A stretch of 64,000 nucleotides of DNA from Geosiphon pyriformis uo1 (lineage: Eukaryota; Fungi; Glomeromycota), in contig JAAOMT010000420.1 in the NCBI GenBank assembly GCA_016748015.1, forward strand, positions 186,001 to 250,000, written 5' to 3'. A program made the translations under genes and the position numbers. This document shows, piece after piece, positions 53,450 through 64,000 of this stretch (its first letter is position 1; each line of letters starts with the position of its first letter). The notes beneath the pieces are model-generated. The model ran no database searches, was not told where the DNA came from, and worked only from the letters and a program-made list of their open reading frames with translations.

Positions 53450-56400
53450 TTTGGTGTTCTCCCACGGAAATAACACAGCAACAACAAATTCAAAGTGGTG
53501 ATTACACCAGACACAACAACTCTAGAGTATTACCAGTCAATTTACATTCACTACAAGCAAAGATTCAACATTCTAGACAGAATTGAAGTTGTCAAAAAAT
53601 CAGTATACCAATACATTAAAAACCACATCAACAATTATCTTTTTGAAAACTACAACATTTCAGAAGTTAGAAACAACCTCTACAATAATTTAGTGTACTA
53701 TTCGCAATTGGGAACAGAAAACCTGAACAGTGAAACACTTGCTACCTACTTTCAAGAACTTAATTTTAACATTATTGAATATTGTGAAGAAAAATATCCA
53801 GTACACTCTAAATACTCTTTTGACTTTGAATCAAAGACAAAAACAAGCAACAAAGGCAAACAAAGATTGAAGCAATACTCAAGAACCACTCCAAACACTC
53901 CAACACTACAAAAGACAACTGCCAAACACTTGCAAACACCTGAACAAGGAACCAGTTTAAAACTTCCACTTACTATCACACCTTTTCTAGCTTTACTTGC
54001 ACAAGCACAAACATCTAATTCACCCTTAAATTGATTTACAAAACCAGAAGATTTTACATTACTTAGAAGTCCTATCAGACAGCAAGAATCTCTTCAAACT
54101 AGTTCCAATCTTCTTGACTTTCTAGCTGAAAATCGAAGTAAATACTTTGAGACAGCAGTGAATGAAAAAAATGACTCTAAAATATCTGAAGAAGAATCAA
54201 TAGACAGTGAAAATGAAGAAGATAAAATGACAACATATATCACAAAAATCCCTGAATTTAATGGAGAAAACATTGAGACCAGTCCCCAAGAATGGCTCAA
54301 CCAAGTTACTAAAGCTGGAGATACAAATGGATAGAATGCTGCCAGAATGTTAAGAACAATTCCCTACTTTCTCAAAAAAACAACAGGCAAATGGTTCAAA
54401 AACTTGACCACCCTTTTTAATGACTGGACAGCTTTCAAAACTGCCTTCTTAGAACAATTCACTGATAACAATACTTCAATCACACTTTGAAATTGTTTTT
54501 GCAATATCAAACAAGAACCCTCCAAATCTGTTATGACTTATATTGGAAAATTCAACAAACTCCTCAGATGAATTTGCCAACTTGAAACTAATGATTATTA
54601 TTCTGATGCTCAAATCTTGGATTAATTTATCGCTGGTTTAAAGGATAAACTGATTAAAAAGGTTTGCCCACATGCTCTAGAAGATTTAAACTCTGCCATT
54701 CAGCATGCAAAAAGATATGAAATGGCCATAGAAGAAGCCAATTGTACAAAACTTGTGAACTTAGCCATTGAAGAAACCAGCTCAGCAGCTGAGGAGAAAA
54801 TTGACCAACTCACAAAAAAAGTCAAAAACTATTTCACCAACCAACAACAACAGCAATCCCAAAGATATCAATCATCCCAAAGACGAAATCAAAACAACTT
54901 CACATCATCCTCTAATAACCAGCCTCAGAATTGCCATTACTTTAGAATTCCTGGCTACTAGAAAAGAGATTGCAGAAAGCTACAACGAGATCAACAAAAC
55001 AGAAGTAATCAATGTTATCCTTCGTCACAACAATCTTATTACCAACCACCACCACCACCAGCTTACTATCCACCAAGACCCCAATATCAAAATAACTATT
55101 ATCAGCCTGCTCCACAGCCAATTCAACAGCAATACCAACAACCACCCACACAACATTATCAAATACCTGCTCAAAGATTGATTACACAAAACCAATTCAC
55201 ACCACAAAACTAATACCAAGTAAACAACAATAGAATTAGTTCGAACAACCAATTGGTTCCCTGAAATTCTATTTAACCAAGACCCAACCACTATCACACT
55301 CAATCCAGTTATTTAACAATGCCAGAAGAACAGAATTTTCACCATACTGCACTCTTAGAAGGTAGAGCTGCAGCACAACAACAAAATTCTTCTCATAACC
55401 ACACTACTATTCCACCAGCCAGAATTGCTGAAAACACCAATCTCTCTAATATCTTTCTTTTCGAGTTCGAAACCAATGAATTACCATTTTTATTCAGCAA
55501 TGCAGCCACCAATGAACAAAAAACAATCACTGCTATGTACACTGAAGCAGAAGTTGAAGAAAAGGCAATTCGTTTGATCCTAGACAATAGATCCACCAGA
55601 AGCATCATTACCTATCAGTTGATGCAACAGTTAAAGAGAAATGTTGACCGACCAGCTCAGACAGTAATCATCACTGCTAATGGCATGAAAAAGACTTCAG
55701 TAGGAGAAATTGACAATTTTCCATTTACTCTTGATGGAATTACTATTCCAGTCAAAGTTCTTGTAATGAACGCTCTTCAGTATCAAGCCCTTGTCAGAAA
55801 TGACTGGCTTCAAAAAGCCAATGCAAAATTAGACTGGGAAACCCAATAACTACAAATCTCTTACCAAGGACAACATGCCCGAGTATCTGCCACTTGTGGT
55901 ACATTCAACAAATACTCCAAAAAAGCCCTGGCTTTTGAATTTGAGCCAGAAGAAGAAAAACCAATAATCAAAACATTCATGGCTCTTGAGTCAACGTCCA
56001 ATTGGGCCGATGAAACTGAACAAGAACATTTTATCCCACACTCTGAACCCAAAACCCCTGAATGAAATATCCCCTACTCAAAGACTGAGCCAAGAAAACA
56101 ACGCCCCTATATTCCCCTTAAATGTAAAGACTGTCACAAGAAACTATCGTCAATGGGAGCTTGTATTTTACCTGAGGAAAAATATGAAAGTCACACCTGC
56201 TACTATTGCAAGGCCTGCCATCGAGAATAATGAGGCCACTTGATCAAAAGAAGTGGAAAATAGGATGGAACACTCTGTTTTACTTGTGGAAAACAGCTTC
56301 TTGATGAATGTAACTGGATTGATGTTGCATTTAGAGGAGGAGTCTGTGATCAAACTTGTCAATATGCTCTTTCTATTGCAGAAAAAGTAAAATGTGGAAC

Positions 56401-59115
56401 ATCTTTCAATGCTGCATACAACAGCGCTCTCAGCAAACTCTATTACTACTCCCATGACGCCGAAATGATCTATGAACTTGCCATGGTTTTAATTAATGGA
56501 GAAACCAAAGAAAATGTCCTTCAAATGAAGGAAACTGAATACATTGAATATATCTTGGAATTAGCTGGATTCAATTATGAAGATGAAGTAGAAGTGTACC
56601 ACCAAATCGCAAGTCACACCTACCTGACCCAAGAAGCTCAAATTCAATAATTAGAACAAATAAACATTAAATTATGTGAGGAATGTATAATGCCGTGTGA
56701 CAAACAATGATGTTCTGAATGCTATGCTCTTAGCATTCCATTACCCAGCAAAAGTAACAAATACAAAATTGAGTTTGGAGAACCTGAAGCAACAGAAAAA
56801 ATTGAAGTAACACCTATTTATCTCATCAAAAATCAGTCTGCCTTACAACTCAAATACTTCAACAACAACGGACAAGGAATAAAACCTGAAAAAACACATG
56901 AAATTGATGCTGAATATGACCTAAGATATCCAGACAAAGATACTCTTGTTCTCAAACCCAAATCTCTCACAAAAATCAACCTCAAAATTCTCTCGAAATC
57001 CTGTCAGGAGCAATGGTTCAAATTGCCTCCCAGTTCTCTCTGGCAAGCAAAGGAATCAATATCAGAGGAGGAATAATTAATGCTGAATATACTGGTGACA
57101 TAACAGTAATACTCCAAAATGAAACCGATAAACCTTTCAAAATTGAACATTCTGAAAAAATTGCCCAAGCTATCTATTTACCCTTAATTAATATTTCGGG
57201 CTTACAGTTAGTCAATCAAAGAGAACAATTGGAAAAAAGCAAAAGAGGAACACAAGATTTTGGTTCAACTGGACAATTCACAGTTCCAGTAAACATAGCT
57301 CTTAATGAACAAAGTGAATCTTACCAGATTCTACAACTTCCACAACCAATTACTATTTCATCTTTTGGAGAACACCCCAAAATTTACACTTGTGAAAAGC
57401 TAACAACCACCCAACAAATTTTTAAGTCCAATGAATAAATCTGCTTGAAACATAATATCTCAATTCCAAATATCTACATCCCAAAAAGAACAAAGAAAGT
57501 CCGAGTTACTTTTTACAACTCCAATAATTACCCCATAGTTTTATTAAATAACTTAGAAATTGGAGTTATTCACAGTAATATCTTTCAACAAAAATTACCC
57601 CAAACAATTCCTGATTTCTCTGAAATTATTGGACATTCACTACCAAAAATCAATCCAAACCTCAGCTCTAAAAACTACCATGTTGTCATGGAAAAACTAT
57701 CTCAAATCAACATGGGACAACTTGAACCATAACAACAGAGCCAGCTCAAAGAGCTAATTGCAGAATTTGCCGATATCTTTGCCAAAAACAACAATGACAT
57801 AGGAAGAACCGATTTGGTTCAACACCAAATCTATATAGGAGATGCCAAACCAAGGCAACAGCAAGCCTACCAAGTTGCTTCAGAAAGTCACCAATTTATC
57901 CACAAAGAAGTGCAACGGATGCTCAACAATGGGCTTATTCAACCATCAATAAGTCTATGGGCTTCACCTGTGGTCTTAGTTAAAAAGAAAAATGGAAAAA
58001 TACAATTTTGTGTTGATTATTGACAACTCAACAGTGTTACCATTGGAGATGCCTACTCTTTTCCCCAAATTGATGACATGCTAGATGCTTTTGGGAAGTC
58101 CAAATACTTTTCGACATTAGATTTAGAGAGTAGATACTAGCAAGTTGCCATGAATTCCAAAGATCGCTCTAAAACAGCATTCACCACTCAAAGAGAAAAT
58201 TATGAATTCAATATAATGCCTTTCGGATTATGCAATGCACCAGCAACATTTCAAAGACTTATGAACATTGTTTACAAAGGCCTCCTTTGAAAGTTAGTAG
58301 TTGTTTATCTTGACAATACTGATGTTTATTTTCCATCATTCGAATTACACTTAAAACACCTGCGAGAAGTTTTTCAATAATTATGAAAAGCAGAACTGAA
58401 ACTCAACATTGAAAAATACTACTTTGGAAAAACAAGCTTGGTCTTTCTTGGTCATATCATTAGTAAAGATGGAATCAAACCAGACCCTGGAAAAATCAGC
58501 ACTGTCAAAAACTTCAAAACTTCTCAAAACACTACAGAACTAAGAGGATTCATAGAGTTAGCCTTCTACTATCAGAAGTTTATCAAAAAATTCTTAGAAA
58601 TCGCAAAACCTCTCAACCAGCTTACCACCAAAAATGTTAAATACAAATAGACTGCTGAACACCAAAATGCATTTGAAATCCTCAAAGAAAAACTAATGAC
58701 AGCTCCAATTCTTGCCTACCCAGATTTCAGCAACCAATTTTGGTTAGCAACAAATGCCTCTTATACTGTCTTTGGTGCTATCCTATCACAGTTAGATGAC
58801 AATAGAAATAAGCGAGTAATTGTTTATGCTAGCAGAACATTGAAACCAGCTGAAAAAAACTACTCTGCAATAGAATTAGAAACTGCAGCAGTAATCTGGG
58901 CCCTACATCACTTCAACCTTTACCTCAGACCCAAAAAATTTAATATTATCACTGATAATATTGGACTCAAATGGCTTCAGAACAAAAACACTCAGCTGAA
59001 TACAAAACAAACCTGATAGACAGGATTTTTAGCCAACTACTGATATATTGTACACCACAAACCAGGAAAACTCCATACCAATATTAATTGTCTCTCAAGA
59101 ATGAGGCAAGATTAG
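53450..59115 (+). pseudogene. A3 Gag-PR-Cys-rich-dUTPase-RT-RH polyprotein
   Basis: Same domain order as A1 and A2; dUTPase about 56893-57273 with a 1-nt deletion; ends RMRQD* (TAG 59113-59115). Confidence 0.9.
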
Positions 59116-59161
59116 AATACAAAACCAACACCCATTTAAATTAATAACAAAACAACAAACA

Positions 59162-60543
59162 ATGAACCCCGAAAACTACAACAATCTTAAACAATATTTG
59201 GAGACATTAACAATCCCAACAGATTGGTCCTCAGATAAAAAACATCAGTTACAACAACAAGCCAAATAATACTTCTTACACAATAACATAATTTATTATC
59301 GAAACTTCAGAAACCCAAACAATCCACTCAAATTAATACAAGAACATGAAAAAAAAACCATTTTATATAACATGCACTCAGACTTTTCATCAGCACACCT
59401 AGGAAAAGACAGCACCACCCAGAGAACACTAGAATATTACTTTTGGCCTCAAATGAGAAAAGACATTCATGAATACATTAAGTCTTATGATAGTTGTTAA
59501 AGAAGAGGAGGAACTCGCCCTACAGAACTTTTAAACCCAATCAAAGTTGAACAGTCTTTTGACCAAGTTGGTATCGATTTAGTCGGACCACTACCTATCA
59601 CAAACCAAGGAAACCATTATATTGCAGTAGCTGTAGACTATCTCACCAAATGGCCTGAAACCAGAGCCATTTAACAAGCAGATGCGAAATCAGTAGCAAA
59701 CTTCATCTATGAAGACATTATTTGTAGACATGGATGCCCAATAAAACTTTTATTTAATCAAGGAACACATTTCGTGAACAATTTAATCCAGGAAATTTGT
59801 GGACGATTTAATGTCAAGAGACCATTATCTTTGCCCTATCATCCACAAACAAATAGACTTGTAAAATGTTTCAACAGAACATTGTGTGAATCATTAGCCA
59901 AAGTCTCAACTGATTTTGAGCAAGAATGAGATCTCTTTATTCCATCAGTGTTACTAGCATATAGAACACTAAAACAAGATACCACAAAACACACACTATT
60001 TGATTTAATCTATGAAAGAACAGCAACGTTACCAATTAGTTTCACAATGGAAACATATCCAGTACAACCAATTAATAAAGACAACTTTTAGAAAACACTA
60101 CAATAAAGAGCCTATACTCTGCTTAGCACGTTGGAAAGAAAACAATAAATAGCAGTCATATTAAACACTCCCAAGCTCAACAAAAAGAATGGCATGACAA
60201 CAAATTGCCTTCAGTTACCAATGAATTTAAAATCAGAAACAAAGTTCTCTTACACAGAACTAAAGCTGAAAAACAATGGAATGGAAAATTTGAAAATAAA
60301 TAGGATAGACCATTCTTTATCCATGAAGTCCTAGGCAACAGGTCATACAAGCTAAGACTTGATAACAAAATCCTAGCAAAAGTTGCACATAGAGATCGTT
60401 TGAAACACTATAATTCCAGACACAATCCTGAACTATTAATTTCACAAATTAGTACACATTTCTCTTTAATCAATCCTGAAGATATTTCCTGAAATCTAGA
60501 ACCAATAGTTGTCATTGAACAATCTCTCAACTTGAACACTTAA
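59162..60543 (+). pseudogene. A3 integrase ORF
   Basis: ATG at 59162 (MNPENYNNLKQYLE); HSD..HLG..YFWP, VDYLTKWPE, CRHGCP; ends NLNT*. Confidence 0.88.
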
Positions 60544-60665
60544 TTTAAATTTATTATTATAGTTATCTCCTTATAATTTAGAAACAATCTCACAAAAACA
60601 AAGCAAAAATAACATAAAAACCTATACACCAAAAATAATTTTCTTTTATTTTCAAATCTCTTATA

Positions 60666-61387
60666 ATGACTATTTCTTAAAACATTCAACAATTATCCCA
60701 AAAACTAATGTTAGCTTTAAAAACAATACCCAAATTATCTATTACTGTTACTGGAAACCACATTAATTATACCCAAACAGAAGTAGTTACAAATTTAGCC
60801 CCAAATTTACGAAAATATCACCCATATAAAAAGAACACAAGAAGTTATTCTGGAATTTACTTGCCAGAACTTTTAAAGCTTGCTTTAAGAGAAAACTTAA
60901 TACTCACTCCTATTAGTATTTCACTAAATGCTACTATTCAACAAAAAACTTCAACTGTGTCTTAATGAAGAAAACTATGACTATACTCCAATATATAGAT
61001 ATTTCTACATTAAAAAAACACTTCACAAACAAAAACAGAAGCTTATAGCAGCAAACCTCACAAAAAAAACTATTTGGAAACAACTCCACAACGAATTCAA
61101 GACAACAGCTGGACCCTACAAACAGTCGTTATAAACTAAGAGCTGCTCTTAGACTTTATGACCTATTCCACATCTGTAAAAACGTACTACAAAACCCAAT
61201 TTTTCAACCTTTGAAGATTCAATACATTGGAAAGCTCACAGAACTGAAATTTCAACAATTTTCAGACCAAATTTCTTTAATAATTTTGGATTATTATCTG
61301 GAAATAACAGACAGTACTTGGATTTCAATGGAGCTTAGTCTTGAGGAGAAAGTTATGTTACCAGATGAAATTAGAGATATTGTTTAG
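60666..61387 (+). pseudogene. A3 accessory ORF3
   Basis: ORF fragments 60708-60965 and 60928-61134; colinear with A1 and A2 ORF3; ends inside the LTR. Confidence 0.8.
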
Positions 61388-63599
61388 CATAAAATTACCC
61401 TTATAAATCTTATCATTAATTAGCATATATTATTATTTCAAATTATTACTTATTACATTAGCAAAATGTCCGAAATTATCATTTAATTAATAACCCAATT
61501 TGTACATAACACAAATATAACCTAAGTGCAATGATCAATCATGCAATACCCCGAAATATGTAACATTCAAAAGTTTACCGAAATTTGTAGAAATTTGCCG
61601 AAATAATTAATAGTTCACTGAAATATCTAATAGTTCACAAAAATAACTTGTAGTTTGCTGAAATGTATCTTTAGTTCAGCAAAATTGTAGAAAAGAGCAA
61701 AGTTCAAGTTCATAGAATAATGTTACAATAAGTTGTATAAAAGAAGAGCTTCTCTTTTCAAGAAAATGTATCTTATTTTAGATTTATCACTTAGAACTAT
61801 TCCTACACACACAAAAAGAAATAAATACCAAATAATTTGAAAAACCAAATTCTTTAATTATTGCACTTGGAAAATTCCCAAAACCCAACTAACATTTTGA
61901 AATTGATTAGTTACCAATTTCAGTAAACTGTTAGTGACTCCAGGCCTGGATAGAAAACATTTCCCTTGACAGAATTCTATTTCTTTTACATTTCTTTTAT
62001 TTTCTTTCTTTTATTTTCTTATTCTAATCATTAAAGTAGCCTACAGACAAGATTCTTGTAGAAGAGTTGACTTTCACAGCAAAGTAACTACACATTTTTA
62101 GTAAGCTTCCAGATGAGCAATTCTTGGGAAAGAGTTGACGTTTACTACAACATAACTACACAAAGCAACTGGTATGAAACTGGCTATTTCACTTATAAGC
62201 CCAGCAGTTCAAATTATAGGAGATAATTTGAAGATAAATTCAGTTATCGGAGGTTTAAACACTTCCCATAGTTGTGAATTAACAGCATTACAATAAACAT
62301 ACAAGAGCTAAGAAGAGACCAAAAACTTCTGGTAACAACGGCCCTGTGTAAAGGCTTTGTTTTTGGCGATTGGTATCACGAGTCTGTTTCTGTTTACAAA
62401 GATTCTAAGGTGGCAGTGGTTAATGTTGTGAATTTTGTATGTGAGTTTTGTTTTGCATTTTGTGATAATATCTGGCTGGTCCGTGTAAAACACTGGGCTA
62501 TTATGAAGAAGAATAAGCTAATTCCACGTGATGGTTCCATTTCTGTCACTGTTTCTGGTTTTTCTACATGGCTTTCAGCTGGAGTGATTAGGTTGTTGGG
62601 TATTGCTGATGCACTTGGCATCAGTTTTGGATATTGTAAGCATTATTTGTTTTATGCAGGTGTTGGTGACATAGCTTCTGTTTATATAAGTGCATAGTAT
62701 TGTTCTGACTAGTCTGAGTGTTTGGTTATGTGTAGCAAAGACATGATTTGCACCTAATTTAGATCATTTGTATAATGTATAGCACTAGGTGGTGTTTGGA
62801 CTTCACTCATAAAACTTTAAAAAAAAATAAAAAAAAAATGTCTTACTTAAAAAATTATAGAACAATCTAGCTTTTAACTTAAAACTCTTCTTAATTAAGA
62901 GATCTTATTAATGACAAACCTTAAAAGAAATAAAATTAAACTGTAAATAATAGTTAAAAATAGATTGCAAAATAGCTGAAACTAAATATAAAAACTATTT
63001 ATTCATGATAATTTTTTTTAAAATCATATTTGAAAAAAACTTGATGTCAAATCAAGTCTTGGCTAAACTAGACTTAGACATTTCATCAGTAAATAAAAAG
63101 ATTTTTAAATATATGTGCAGTATACCATTTTTGGCAATTAAAATAAGTAATTCACTAATGTTTAAAAAAACATTTTTAATTTTTTGGTTAATAAAAATAG
63201 CCACTGTTTTGTTATTGTTAATTAAAATATTATTAATCAAAAAAATTTACTGACAATATCTAATATATATTGTGTAAAAATCTAACTATTCTTAATTTAG
63301 ATAATATTATCAATAAAGACATCAGCTATAAAAAAAAAAGTCACTTTTTTTTTGGTTTTTACTTTTTCTGTTTTAGCCATAAATTTGGTATTAATTTGGT
63401 ATTTATATAAATGTTGTTGTCTTTTAATCTTATATAAAAAAAAGTCATAGAAGATTCTCCAAAGAAAAGAAGAGAATATCTTATAATAATCTAGTCTATT
63501 ATGTATTTAATATTTATTTATAAGACTAAAATCTATCATAATTCTATTTAATCTATTTTTATAAATACTGCTAAAAAAGCCAATAAATTTTTTACACAT

Positions 63600-64000
63600 T
63601 GTTACCAGACAAATTTAGAGATATTATTTAGCATGAAATTATCTTATAATTTCTATCATTAATTAGCATATATTATCATTTCAAATGATCACTTATTACA
63701 TTAGCAAAAATGTCTGAAATTATCATTTAATTAATAACCCAAATTGTACACAACACAAATATAACCTAATTGCGATGATCAATCATGCAATACCCCGAAC
63801 TATGTAACATTCAAAAAGTTTGCCGAAATTTGTAGAAATTTGCCGAAATAATTGATAGTTCACTGAAATATCTAATAGTTCGCCGAAATAACTTATAGTT
63901 TGCCGAAATGTATCTTTAGTTTAGTGAAATTTTAGAAAATAGCAAAGTTCAAGTTCATAGAATAGTGTTATGACAAGTTGTATAAAAGAAAAGCTTCTCT
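63600..64000 (+). mobile_element. Start of another family A LTR, running off the window
   Basis: TGTTACCAGAC start; matches 52468 onward, including the gttcgccgaaat array and TATAAAAG. Confidence 0.92.

Larger units (their letters stand above)
52468..62337 (+). mobile_element. Full-length Gypsy A3 (degenerate)
   Basis: 982-bp LTRs 52468-53449 and 61356-62337; PBS 53452-53467; PPT 61343-61352; TSD ATGA/ACGG. Removal restores LINE frame VSTALCKGF. Confidence 0.95.
39508..62836 (+). mobile_element. 5'-truncated LINE (about 2.6 kb of own sequence) hosting two Gypsy elements and a solo LTR
   Basis: Pieces 39508-40224, 50026-51262, 52340-52467 and 62342-62836 join in frame. RT AFIDNTIWV, RH VYTDGSL, CLFCGEVEVSDHVFSC, 3'UTR plus poly(A). 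TSD AATGTCTTA at 39499-39507 and 62837-62845. Confidence 0.88.
37480..63599 (-). mobile_element. Old decayed LINE (37480-39507 + 62837-63599), split by a 23-kb nested block
   Basis: Reverse-complement 3'UTR at about 37480-37600; ORF fragments FTSK..YFIKAVHKKL and HPVRLCVSLFNNFLA. Sequence joins across the block (..KLKARLFYNFLSK|TLYYSLFYDLKIFEQIQAE). RT region continues at 63052-63500. Confidence 0.8.

Noticed and set aside
62095-62140. CCAGATGAG...GAAA as a hammerhead ribozyme in family A LTRs
   Set aside because: Core is CAGAYRAG rather than CUGAUGA, and I could not build the three required stems.

Overview
AT-rich eukaryotic, very likely fungal, DNA. Short GT-AG introns, a fungal-type CHD1 and the style of the retroelements suggest an early-diverging, Glomeromycotina/Geosiphon-like genome; this is inference only. 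A host island of about 10 kb (14.4-24.7 kb) holds two intact, divergently transcribed genes: a 10-exon CHD1 chromatin remodeller (minus strand, about 1382 aa) and a 3-exon RBBP9/YdeN-type serine hydrolase (plus strand, about 215 aa). Most of the rest is nested, pseudogenised retrotransposon DNA. It includes three full-length Ty3/Gypsy 'family A' elements (2083-11465 minus, 40225-50021 minus, 52468-62337 plus), a further family A LTR running off the right end, the 3' end of a related 'family C' element, two 'family B' solo LTRs, and RNase H-containing LINEs ranging from one full-length copy to almost pure-AT fossils. Main points of interest: (1) a virus-like four-part Gypsy layout with a single Gag-PR-[Cys-rich domain]-dUTPase-RT-RH frame, a separately encoded integrase and a conserved accessory ORF3 in the env position; (2) an 8-bp stem / 9-nt loop (2+6+1) palindromic hairpin resembling the HIV DIS in all three LTR families; (3) 4-bp target sites that all fit N-C-R-N and were probably CpG-centred; (4) almost transition-only C>T/G>A hypermutation of repeats, much of it outside CpG, resembling RIP.
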